Assembly (NCBI GenBank): GCA_963842815.1
Contig: CAWJHU010000002.1
Coordinates: forward strand, 1 to 42,512
DNA length: 42,512 nucleotides
Direction: 5' to 3'
DNA from: Candidatus Nomurabacteria bacterium
GTDB taxonomy: Bacteria > Patescibacteriota > Minisyncoccia > Phycocordibacterales > UBA9973
The notes under the pieces were generated by a model. The model made no database searches. It was not told the DNA's origin and saw only the letters and a program-made list of their open reading frames with translations. Each line of letters opens with the position of its first letter. The stretch's first letter is position 1. Positions 28,420-37,827 of this stretch are shown one piece after another. The position numbers and the translations under genes are program-made.

Positions 28420-30881
28420 ATGGCAAAAAAATCTGGCGAACCAATTGAAATACGCACAGACGAAATTCTCCCAGTGGATATGGTGAAAGAAATGAAAGAA
28501 TCTTATTTGGCTTATGCCATGTCGGTTATTACTGCGCGCGCCTTGCCGGATGTCAGAGACGGATTGAAACCGGTGCACCGCAGAATTCTGTTTGCCATGA
28601 ACGAAATGGGGCTCACTTCCACTGCCCGTTTCAGAAAATCTGCCGCCGTGGTCGGAGACGTGCTTGGGAAATATCATCCGCACGGGGATGTGGCTGTTTA
28701 TGATTCAATGGTAGGAATGGCTCAGGAATTTTCTTATCGTTATCCTCTTGTTTTAGGACAAGGAAACTTCGGTTCCATTGATGGAGACAATGCCGCTGCT
28801 ATGCGTTATACGGAAGCAAAAATGTCCAAAATTTCAAACGAACTTTTGCGCGACTTAGAAAAAGAAACAGTTGATTTTCGTCCAAATTATGACCAGACCC
28901 GCAAAGAACCAGTGGTTTTTCCGTCGGCTGTTCCGGCGCTTCTTCTGAACGGAACTCTTGGTATTGCCGTCGGTATGGCGACGAATATTCCTCCGCATAA
29001 TTTGGCGGAAGTGGTAGACGCCACAATTTATTTGATTGAAAATGGAGACAGCACCACCGAAGATTTGATGCAATTTATAAAAGGACCGGATTTTCCGACC
29101 GGAGGGATTGCTTACGATTACAAAGATATGCTTCATGCCTATGGTACCGGACGGGGCGGGGTGGTTTGTCGGGGCGAGGCGGAAATAGTAGAGCAAAAAG
29201 GTGGGAATTTTCCAAATTATCATCACTTCCATTCCTTATCGCGTGAATAAATCAAATTTAATAATGTCTATTGCCGAGTTGGTGCAGGAAAAAAAGTTGG
29301 ATGGCATGAAAGGACTTCGGGACGAATCGACCAAAGACATCAGAATTGTGATTGATTTGAAAAATAGCGCGCATCCGGAAAAAGTTCTGAATTATATTTA
29401 CAAAAATACTCAACTGGAATCAAATTTCAATTTTAATATCGTGGCCCTGGTGGATGGCGTGCCGCAAACCCTTTCTCTCAAATCAATTCTCTCTGAATTT
29501 ATTTCTCACAGAAAAGAAGTGGTAAAAAGAAGAGGCAGAATATGATTTGCGCAAAGCGGAAGAACGAGAGCATATTTTACTCGGTTTGAAAAAAGCGCTG
29601 GATAAAATTGACCGGGTCATTACGGTTATCCGCGGGTCCAAAGATGGACAGATTGCCAAATTTAATTTGATGAAAGAATTCAAATTTTCGGAACTGCAAA
29701 CAATGGCCATTTTGGAAATGAAATTGCAAAAATTGGCCGGACTGGAAAGAAAAGCCGTGGAAAATGAGCTTGAAGAAAAACAGAAATTTATCAAGGAAAT
29801 AAAGGATCTTTTAGCCAGTCCGAAAAAAATTCTCGAAGTTATTTCTCGAGAATTGAAAGAAATTCGCGAGAAATATGCGGATGAACGCAGGACAAAAATA
29901 GTGAAAGGCGGGAGTAAAGAAATTTCCGATGAAGATTTGATTCCGGAAAAAGAAACAATGCTTGTTTTTACCGCCGGCGGATATGTCAAACGTACCGACC
30001 CTTCCGAATATCGTTCTCAAAAACGAGGGGGAGTGGGGGTGGTTGATTTGGAAACAAAAGAAGAAGATTTTGTGACCATGCTGGTGTCCGGTTCCACCCA
30101 TAGCGATTTGCTTTTCTTTACCAATTTGGGCAAGGCCTATCAGATGAAAATGTATGATATTCCGGAAGGCCGTCGGGCAACTCGCGGGAAATCTATTATG
30201 AATTTTCTCCAGCTCGGGAATGATGAAAAAGTCAATTCTATTTTACCGATGCCGAAAGAATTTGAAAAAAACGGCTACCTCGCTGATGCTGGTAACGAAA
30301 AATGGCACCGCTAAAAAAATGTCCAGCGAGAGTTTCAAAGATGTGCGCCGAAGCGGAATTATTGCTATTCGTTTGGACAAAGGAGACCAGCTTGTTTCCG
30401 CCTTGCTGACGGAAAAAGGGGATGAAGTGATGGTGGCCACTTCCGGAGGGCAATCCATCAGATTTAAAGAATCCGACATGAGAGAAATGGGTAGAACAGC
30501 CGGAGGAGTGCGTGGAATAAAACTTGGAAAAGGTGACGAAGTTATCGGCGTGGATGTTATGAAAAAAGATAATAAAGCTGGAGCATTTCTGACCATGAGC
30601 GCCAATGGTTTTGGCAAGAAAACTTCTCTGAAAGAATATAAAGTTCAAAAGACGGGGAGGTTCTGGCATTAAAACCGCCAAAGTAACGCCTAAAACCGGA
30701 AAGCTTATCGTGGCGAAAGTTTTGACCGGAGAGCGAAGAAGAATTGATAGCCATGTCCAAAAAAGGCCAAGTCATCAGAACAGCCCTGAAAGATATTTCT
30801 TCTCTGGGTCGCCAAACCCAAGGCGTGACCATTATGCGTCTGCGCGCTGGGGACGGTATTGCTTCTCTTGTTTGTGCGTAA
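28420..30881 (+). CDS. gyrA: DNA gyrase subunit A, split by about five single-base insertions (near 29210, 29533, 30262, 30650, 30731)
   Basis: [31 protein letters not shown], and beta-pinwheel repeats incl. QKRGGVG. Removing one base at each site restores a continuous GyrA. Confidence 0.95.
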
Positions 30882-30902
30882 AATGCTACAATTAAAATAT
30901 AT

Positions 30903-31427
30903 ATGTTTACCGACCGGTAAAAAATTTAAAACAGTTCGGCCTGAGAGAGAACATGATTGTGGCGGATTTGGGTGCGGGTTCCGGTTTTTATACTATCCCC
31001 GCAGCGGAAATGGCTTCCACGGGGAAAGTTTATGCCATTGAAATTCAAAAAGATTTTTTAATAACCATCAAAAATAAAGCCCTGGAAGCCCATCTCAATA
31101 ATGTAGAATGTCTTTTGGGGGATGTTGAAAAAATAGGCGGGACCAAGATAAAAGATAAAATTGTGGATGCCGTAATTGCTTCTAATATACTTTTTCAAGT
31201 GGAAGACAAAGATAAATTTATAGAAGAGACAAAAAGAATTTTAAAACCCGGCGGCAAACTTTTGCTGATGGATTGGTCCGATAATTCATCCTCCATTGGT
31301 TCCGGTTTTAGCAAAATTATTCCCAAAAATAAGGCTCGGGAAATGTTCGAAGAAAAAGGTTTTGTCTGGCAATCGCGATATAAATGCGGGAATGCATCAT
31401 TATGGTATAATATTTAAGAACCAATGA
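30903..31427 (+). CDS. Class I SAM-dependent methyltransferase (indels near both ends)
   Basis: VADLGAGSG, VYAIEIQ, LKPGGKLLLMDW. The true N-terminus MFTDPVKNLKQFG needs one base; C-terminus HHYGIIF lies in a shifted frame. Confidence 0.85.
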
Positions 31428-32717
31428 AAGGAAATTTTCAAATCATAATTTTAATTGTATTCATTGTGGCCGCTATTTTTGGTGTTTTGGTTTTTTCCGG
31501 CGCCATACCTCTGGGCAATTCTTCCGGGAGCACCACCCAGGGGACCGTTGTTCTGTGGGGTACGGTAAATGCCAGCATTGTCTCGCCCTTGCTTGATGAT
31601 TTTAATCGCGCCAATCACCACCTTTGTCACAAAATATGTGGAAAAATCTCCGGACACTTTTGACCATGATTTACTGGAAGCATTGGCTGCGGGAACGGGA
31701 CCGGATATGTTTTTTATTTCCGATGATTTGGCTTACAAATACAGCAATAAAATTTTTACCATTCCCTATACAAGTTTCCCGATTAATACTTTTAAAAGTA
31801 ATTATGTCGGAGCGGGAGAAGTGTTTTTAACCTCAAAGGGAGTTTTGGCTTTTCCTCTGACCGTTGATCCCTTGATGATGTATTACAACCGAAGCATGCT
31901 GGATGCAAATGGAATTGTTTATCCTCCGTCCTATTGGGATGAATTTGGCAATCTCGTTCCGCTTTTAACTAAAAAAGACAGCAAAGGAATGATTACAAAA
32001 AGCGCGGTTGCTCTGGGACAATTTTCAAATGTTCTCATGCCAAAGATATACTGGCCACTCTTTTTATGCAGGCAGGAAATCCGATTGTAGCCGAGAAAGA
32101 TGGGTCTTTTATTTCTGCTTTAAGTGAAAATAATGGGGCAATATGATTTAGGTTCAATTTTGAAGTTTTATACGGATTTTGCTGATCCATTGAAAAGTGT
32201 TTATTCTTGGAATAAATCTTTTTCCAGTTCGGAGGATGTTTTCAGCGCGGAAAATTTGGCATTTTATTTCGGTTATGCCAGCGAACTTCAGTCTTTGGTT
32301 AATAAAAACCCCAATGAAAATTTTTTGGTTACACCTATACCCCAGATTAGAAATAGCAGTTTCAAGCTCACTGGAGCTCACGTAACGGGCATTGCCATTT
32401 CTTCTTTTTCCAAAAATTTTAATACCGCTTTTACCGCAGCCGGTCTTATGGCAAACGGGAGTTTTGCTTCTAGACTTGCCAATGCGTTAGGCATTGCCCC
32501 GGCTCGTCGGGATTTGCTTAACATCAAACCAACGGACGCATATCTTCCGATTTTCTATAATTCCGCGTTTTATCGCTAGAAGCTGGCTTGACCCATCGCC
32601 CGCGGATACCGATACTATTTTCAGGGGATGGTTGAAAAAGTGCTTTCCGGCAGTATGTCCACAACAGATGCGGTGAGCGACGCTGGCGCCAAACTTGGTT
32701 TATTATTAGTCAAATAA
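31424..32717 (+). CDS. Extracellular solute-binding protein (sugar ABC type), fragmented by several indels
   Basis: N-terminal TM, VVLWG, AAGTGPD, FPLTVDPLMMYYNRSML, FYFGYASEL, APARRDLL across successive frames. Confidence 0.8.
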
Positions 32718-32722
32718 TTTTT

Positions 32723-33133
32723 ATGAAAAAAATAAATTTAAAATTATTTCTAATCACTACATTTATTTTAGTTGCAGCCTCTTCGTTGTTTTTTGTTTCC
32801 GGTTCCATGGTTTTTGCCCAAGATTCCGGCACAGGGCTGATTCCTTGTGTGAATAATTGCGGTTTTGCTGATATAATGAAATTAATCAATGGAGTGGTGG
32901 GGTTTATTTTTAAAGATTTGGTTATACCTATTTCCGCCATAATGTTCGCCTATGCGGGATTTGAGTTGGTGACTTCCGGCGGTTCGACTGAGAAAAAATC
33001 CCAGGCAAAGAAAATATTTTTGAATGTAGCCATTGGCCTGGCCTTTGCAGCTGGCGCTTATCTTATAGTACATGCGATATTGGGGATAGTGGGGGTTAAT
33101 ACCGGGAACGGCTGGAACTGGTTTGGATTTTAG
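32723..33133 (+). CDS. TrbC/VirB2-like (T4SS-type) pilin
   Basis: Signal peptide, GLIPC..NC, two hydrophobic helices separated by TSGGSTEKKSQAKK. Confidence 0.8.
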   Translation: MKKINLKLFLITTFILVAASSLFFVSGSMVFAQDSGTGLIPCVNNCGFADIMKLINGVVGFIFKDLVIPISAIMFAYAGFELVTSGGSTEKKSQAKKIFLNVAIGLAFAAGAYLIVHAILGIVGVNTGNGWNWFGF

Positions 33134-33157
33134 GATTATAAAGAATATAATTAAAAT

Positions 33158-33535
33158 ATGAAAAATATTAAGAAAAATTTGGATAAAATCATTTTAGCAA
33201 CTTTTGTATTTGCTTGGCCAGTTGTTTCTTTAGCTACTTGTATTAGCGGTGATCTTAGCAATCCAGACTGCAATAAAATTGACAACCCTTTAAAAAGTAC
33301 CTCCACACTACCTGACTTTATTCACAATATTTTAACCGGAGTAATCAAGATTGGCTCGCCTATCATTGTTTTAGCTGTGGTTTACTGCGGTTTTCTTTTT
33401 GTTTCTGCGCAAGGCAATCCGGAAAAAATAAGCGAAGCCAAACGTGCCCTGCTTTATACTTTAATTGGCGCAGCCATACTCCTGGGGTCGTGGGGTATCG
33501 CAACGCTTATAACCAGTACTGTCACAGCCTTATAA
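33158..33535 (+). CDS. TrbC/VirB2-like pilin
   Basis: NPL...GFLFVSAQGNPEKISEAKRALLYTLIG. Confidence 0.82.
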   Translation: MKNIKKNLDKIILATFVFAWPVVSLATCISGDLSNPDCNKIDNPLKSTSTLPDFIHNILTGVIKIGSPIIVLAVVYCGFLFVSAQGNPEKISEAKRALLYTLIGAAILLGSWGIATLITSTVTAL

Positions 33536-33560
33536 ATAATGTTTTTCAGTATTAAATAAA

Positions 33561-34184
33561 ATGGGAAATTTCGTATGTAATGGAACGGTTACAAATATAG
33601 GAGACGTCCTGTGTAAAGTCGGCTCTCTTTTGAGTTTAATTATTCCGATTCTGATTACTCTAGGTGTTGTTTACTTTATATGGGGGGTTGTCACTTATTT
33701 TATTGGTGGCGACGAAGAAGCAAAGAAAAAAGGGAGAAGCAGGATTATTTATGGTCTTATCGGTTTTGTGATTATTGCCGGGCTGGATGGTCTTGTCTAT
33801 ATTGTTATAAGAACTTTTGGACTTGACCAGGGTTCTCAACTTGTTTCCAATTTGGTTCAAAATAATATTTCCGTTATAAATTCCGGTTCTGCCTTTTGCA
33901 GTCTTGCCGATAACCCGACCTTGGCAAGCCTATTGAATTTTGGAACCTGTATCATTAATAATTCAGTCATTCCTCTGATTATTGCCCTGGCCGTAGCTAT
34001 GTTTATTTGGGGAGTAGTCCAATATGTAATAAATAGCGACGAGGAAGCAAAAAAAGAGAAAGGCAAGCAATTTATGATTTGGGGAATTATCGGTTTGGCA
34101 GTTATGGTCGGCGTGTGGGGCTTAGTACACATACTGGGGTCTACTTTCAATATTAATTATGCCATTCCACAAGTAAAACCATAA
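33561..34184 (+). CDS. Tandem two-domain TrbC/VirB2-like pilin
   Basis: Two copies of FIWGVV.Y...DEEAKK.G...I..G.IG. Confidence 0.8.
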   Translation: MGNFVCNGTVTNIGDVLCKVGSLLSLIIPILITLGVVYFIWGVVTYFIGGDEEAKKKGRSRIIYGLIGFVIIAGLDGLVYIVIRTFGLDQGSQLVSNLVQNNISVINSGSAFCSLADNPTLASLLNFGTCIINNSVIPLIIALAVAMFIWGVVQYVINSDEEAKKEKGKQFMIWGIIGLAVMVGVWGLVHILGSTFNINYAIPQVKP

Positions 34185-34277
34185 AGTTGCGCTGGTCTTG
34201 TTTATTTTATGATATAATAGGTAGATTATTATTAGTATTATAAGGTCGCTTTATTATTAGTATTATTATAAGAATTT

Positions 34278-34655
34278 ATGAAGAAAAAATTAAGTATATT
34301 GTCGGGGATTGTTTTGGGTTCTATGCCTCTTATGGCTTTAGCGCAAAATGCAACAGGCTGCGCAAGCGTAACGTTGGGGACAATTCAAAGCATAATTTGC
34401 AAAATCGGGAATATCTTGGATACTGTTATCCCGATACTTGTAGTTTTGGGAGTAGTTTACTTTGTCTGGGGAGTAGTTCAATTTGTTATTTCCACCGACG
34501 AAGAGGCTAAAGCAAAAGGGAGAAGCCATATGATTTATGGCATCATCGGTTTGGTAGTTATTGTGGCTATGTGGGGACTTGTCGGCATTGTCACCAAGAC
34601 TTTTGATTTGAATGGTTCTGCCAATGTTACTATTCCGACGGTTCCTATAAATTAA
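34278..34655 (+). CDS. TrbC/VirB2-like pilin
   Basis: Signal peptide MPLMALA; FVWGVVQFVISTDEEAKAKGRSHMIYGIIG. Confidence 0.82.
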   Translation: MKKKLSILSGIVLGSMPLMALAQNATGCASVTLGTIQSIICKIGNILDTVIPILVVLGVVYFVWGVVQFVISTDEEAKAKGRSHMIYGIIGLVVIVAMWGLVGIVTKTFDLNGSANVTIPTVPIN

Positions 34656-34657
34656 TC

Positions 34658-34948
34658 ATGACTGAAAGTGTTGATACTTTTATTTCGAATGTGGATAAGC
34701 TCATTGTAAACCCGCTTATCATATTTCTTTTTGCTTTGGCAGTGGTGTACTTTTTGTATGGCGTATTTCAGTTTATTTCAAATTCGGAAAGCGAAGAAGC
34801 CAAAACAAAAGGCAAGAGCCATATGATCTGGGGAATTATCGGAATTGTCATAATGATGGGAGTGTTTACCATCCTGAATATGATTATGCGCACTTTCAAC
34901 ATACAAGGAATAAATCCGGAACAGGGGACTGTGGAAATAAATCCATAA
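34658..34948 (+). CDS. TrbC/VirB2-like pilin
   Basis: NPLIIFLFALA..YFLYGVFQFI..SEEAKTKGKSHMIWGIIG. Confidence 0.8.
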   Translation: MTESVDTFISNVDKLIVNPLIIFLFALAVVYFLYGVFQFISNSESEEAKTKGKSHMIWGIIGIVIMMGVFTILNMIMRTFNIQGINPEQGTVEINP

Positions 34949-34972
34949 TATTAAATAAAAATTTGGCAATAA

Positions 34973-35002
34973 AAAAAGGCGATTCATTTGAACCGCCTTT
35001 TT
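34973..35002. terminator. Bidirectional terminator
   Basis: AAAAAGGCG-ATTCATTTGAAC-CGCCTTTTT between convergent genes. Confidence 0.7.
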
Positions 35003-35028
35003 GTGTTGTGTCCTTTCTGGCCACAACA

Positions 35029-35460
35029 TTATATTTTTACTTTTGCTACTTTAAACAATTCAACACGAAACTTTTGCGTCTCTCCTTTGCCGGTTGTAAC
35101 TTTTACTGAGCCGGGTTTAGCGTCCGAGGGCATATTAAAATCTCCCTCTTTTGGATATGAAACTGGTTTTAACCAAGTTCCATTTTCTCCGCTGAAACTA
35201 AGATTAACAGCGTGACCCTCGGTTCGGAGTTCGAATTTATAATCAATCCTTCCTGTAACAATTGTGTCACCTGGATTAATATAAAATTCTTGTATTAATA
35301 TCAAAGCATCGGTATTAATCCCAGAGTTCGAACTATTGGAATTGCTGTTGCTATTGTTTGTGGTTGGAGGGGGTGGTTTGTAAGTTGCGTAATGTATAAT
35401 AATTACAACAACAATTGTTACCACTATAATTACACCTCCTAAAATCCCTTTTGCACTCAT
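35029..35460 (-). CDS. Hypothetical membrane-anchored protein with Pro/Asn/Ser linker
   Basis: N-terminal TM, PPPTTNNSNSNSNSSNSG linker, beta-rich C-terminal domain. Confidence 0.65.
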   Translation of the reverse strand: MSAKGILGGVIIVVTIVVVIIIHYATYKPPPPTTNNSNSNSNSSNSGINTDALILIQEFYINPGDTIVTGRIDYKFELRTEGHAVNLSFSGENGTWLKPVSYPKEGDFNMPSDAKPGSVKVTTGKGETQKFRVELFKVAKVKI

Positions 35461-36374
35461 TTCTTACCTCCCTTCTTTTTATCATCTTTGCCAAGTCCCA
35501 TAAAACTCACATGTTTTAGGTTTTTAAGATCCGGAGCAGCAATGTTAAGATCAAACCTTTCCTCATTGTAATCATTACTTTGATCAAGAATTAAGGCTGC
35601 GCGACGAGCCAGTTCTGGGTCCATGCCTTTAGATGTTAATTTTTCAATAGCCTTGGCAAGTGCTTCTGCTATAGCTGGTGTTTTCTTCAATGCTTTAGTT
35701 GCGTCATCTGGGTTACTGGCACTTAAAACAAAACCTATAGAAATCCCGTAATTTTTTTCCAGCTCTGAGATTCTCTTTATATTGTTCGCAACCTTTAGAA
35801 CAGCATTTTGTATCTTAGTCAGATTCAAGAGAGATTCCATTTCTTTTCTTGCATAATATGTTCCAAACATTTTTTCTGCTTCGGCTTGAACAAGATTAGT
35901 CAATGCACTTTCCGTAATCGAACTAAATTTTATAAGATTTTGTGCAGCCTCTTCAGAAGTGATTTCAAACGTACGTAACCGCATGTGTATCAAGAGTGAT
36001 ACTTTCATGTTTTCTGCTGGATCATCTGTGGGATGATCCTTTTCAACCTTTGAAGAAATTATTCGTCGAAGATCTGTGAAATCTTTCTCGTCAATTTTCT
36101 CGCGAATTTCCCAAGGTAGTTTGAAGCTTAGTCCTGGAAAAATAGCACGTCTGGTTTTAAAGATAGGATCAAAAACCAGTGCTCCATGCCAATCCGGTGT
36201 GTCTGTGGCTATAACTCCAGAAGCCACTAATGCGCCGAGTGTTATGCCCGTAACAAGCAGACTCCAGAGTAAGCCGAAAGGAAAAGAGAGAAGTATCCAT
36301 AGTGCAATAATTAATAGAATATTGCAGTACCACACCGGTTTTGGTGTGATTGTTTTTGGGATTACATTTGCCAT
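35457..36374 (-). CDS. Membrane protein, SPFH/Band-7-like
   Basis: Two N-terminal TMs, then HGALVFD...FPGLSFKLPW and a helical C-terminal region. Confidence 0.55.
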   Translation of the reverse strand: MANVIPKTITPKPVWYCNILLIIALWILLSFPFGLLWSLLVTGITLGALVASGVIATDTPDWHGALVFDPIFKTRRAIFPGLSFKLPWEIREKIDEKDFTDLRRIISSKVEKDHPTDDPAENMKVSLLIHMRLRTFEITSEEAAQNLIKFSSITESALTNLVQAEAEKMFGTYYARKEMESLLNLTKIQNAVLKVANNIKRISELEKNYGISIGFVLSASNPDDATKALKKTPAIAEALAKAIEKLTSKGMDPELARRAALILDQSNDYNEERFDLNIAAPDLKNLKHVSFMGLGKDDKKKGGKK

Positions 36375-36451
36375 TTTATTTGCCCTCCTAAGGCTGTTTT
36401 TATTGAATTTTCAAAGAATTTATTATGCTCAAAGTATATCATACATAACGT

Positions 36452-36481
36452 AAAAAGTCAACCCTTTCAGGTTGACTTTTT
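36452..36481 (-). terminator. Intrinsic terminator
   Basis: AAAAAGTCAACC-loop-GGTTGACTTTTT. Confidence 0.75.
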
Positions 36482-36503
36482 ACTGGCTAGAAAGCTTCTA
36501 TTT

Positions 36504-37076
36504 TTAAGCGTGTTTTAAAGGTTCCGTCATATACTTTTCCTTGGACCCATGGACATATCTCCACAAAAAGACTATTAACAAAATCAGTATTGCGAAAACA
36601 ATCCATTGAATCAAACCGGAAGGCATAAAACTATTTGACCCAAACAAAGCATTAGCTGTAAGACTGCCATAATTAGGATTTACATCACTGGCAGTTGCTA
36701 CAGGTTTGCTTGTGGTTTTTGCAACAGTAGTAGTAGTCTTTCTAACGGCTGTAACAGGGGCTGGTTTAGGAGCCGGAGCTACATAATTTCCCGCACAAGA
36801 TTGACCTGTGATTGTACTGTAACCTGTGTTTCTTCCCTCACATCCCGGTATCACTGTTGGGGTGTTGTAGACGATTGGGGCTGGGGTATAAACGACTGGC
36901 TGTACGTATTGGTACTGCGTAGAATAATCTGGATTAAAAGTTACTCCACTTTGAACCATTCCGCCTCCGGCTGCAAAAGCAGACGAAGCCAAAAAAAGAT
37001 TAAAAATAAAGGCTAAAATGCCCGAAACCAATATTAATTTGTTGTTTATTTTACTCATATAGGTACAGTATAGCAC
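36504..37076 (-). CDS. Hypothetical surface protein (signal peptide, Pro/Thr-rich stalk, C-terminal TM)
   Basis: FLASSAFA signal end; PGCEGRNTGYSTITGQSC; WIVFAILILLIVFLWR. Confidence 0.7.
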   Translation of the reverse strand: MLYCTYMSKINNKLILVSGILAFIFNLFLASSAFAAGGGMVQSGVTFNPDYSTQYQYVQPVVYTPAPIVYNTPTVIPGCEGRNTGYSTITGQSCAGNYVAPAPKPAPVTAVRKTTTTVAKTTSKPVATASDVNPNYGSLTANALFGSNSFMPSGLIQWIVFAILILLIVFLWRYVHGSKEKYMTEPLKHA

Positions 37077-37096
37077 TTATCAATATAAATGTCAAG

Positions 37097-37180
37097 TGCT
37101 GGGAGGGAGACTTGAACTCCCATGAGATTTCTCTCGCTTGCTCCTAAGGCAAGTGCGTCTGCCAATTTCGCCATCCCAGC
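37097..37180 (-). tRNA. tRNA-Leu (TAG)
   Basis: GCTGGGA acceptor; CTTGC-CTTAGGA-GCAAG; long variable arm. Confidence 0.95.
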
Positions 37181-37184
37181 AATG

Positions 37185-37257
37185 TCCGCCCAGAGGGGAT
37201 CGAACCCCCGACCTTATCCTTAAGAGGGATCTGCTCTACCAGCTGAGCTATGGGCGG
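37185..37257 (-). tRNA. tRNA-Lys (CTT)
   Basis: CCGCCCA/TGGGCGG acceptor; anticodon loop CTCTTAA. Confidence 0.93.
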
Positions 37258-37296
37258 ATACAAAAAATTTTTACAAAACATTTAGTTCTTTTAAGG

Positions 37297-37378
37297 TGCC
37301 CGAGGTGGGAATCGAACCCACATCCCTTGCGAGACACGATTTTAAGTCGTGCGCGTATACCAATTCCGCCACTCGGGC
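37297..37378 (-). tRNA. tRNA-Leu (TAA)
   Basis: GCCCGAG acceptor; CACGA-CTTAAAA-TCGTG. Confidence 0.95.
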
Positions 37379-37418
37379 AATGGACTAAATATATATTTTT
37401 ATTTTCAAATTACAATTG

Positions 37419-37490
37419 AGGCCTGGGGCGGAATTGAACCGCCGTATATTCCTTTTGCAGAGGAATGCCTTACCACTTGGCTACCAGGCC
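37419..37490 (-). tRNA. tRNA-Cys (GCA)
   Basis: GGCCTGG acceptor; TTCCT-CTGCAAA-AGGAA. Confidence 0.95.
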
Positions 37491-37502
37491 ATTAACTAGA
37501 TA

Positions 37503-37824
37503 TTACTTTTCTCGAAGCAGTTCGTCAATTTTTTGCCTGTTTTTTTCTCCGCGATCTATTTGGATATCAAGAAAAGGAATTATTTTTATTTTTAATTTTT
37601 CTTTAAAAATTCCCGCAATTCTTTGCGTTTTCTTTTTACGAATTCCAAAGCGCCGGTTTCTTTTTCATCGGCAATACGGTTATAAAAATAGTTGCTCGTT
37701 TTAAGTCGGGGGAGACGGTGCAGGAGGTGACAGTAATCAGCGAAGTCCCATTGATTTTCCGTTCCAAAAATTGAGCTCGCCAGCTCTTTAATAAGATTCG
37801 CCAACTTTTTCATTTCTTTGCCAT
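37503..37824 (-). CDS. rbfA: Ribosome-binding factor A, fragmented by indels
   Basis: Across frames: NLIKELA...TSLITVT.CTVSPDLKRATIFITV..DEKETGALEFVKRKRKELREFL...IPFLDIQID. Directly downstream of infB. Confidence 0.85.
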
Positions 37825-37827
37825 GTC

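Noticed and set aside
28420-30881. Programmed frameshifting, split gyrA or TGA recoding (code 25)
   Set aside because: Breaks are +1 indels at unrelated contexts, not in-frame TGA. Intact genes end in TGA and lack internal TGA.
37138-37419. ORF 37138-37419 and ORFs 13169-13457
   Set aside because: They overlap tRNA genes on the opposite strand.
37097-37490. tRNA cluster as a prophage/island attachment site
   Set aside because: No integrase and no duplicated tRNA 3' end found in the window.
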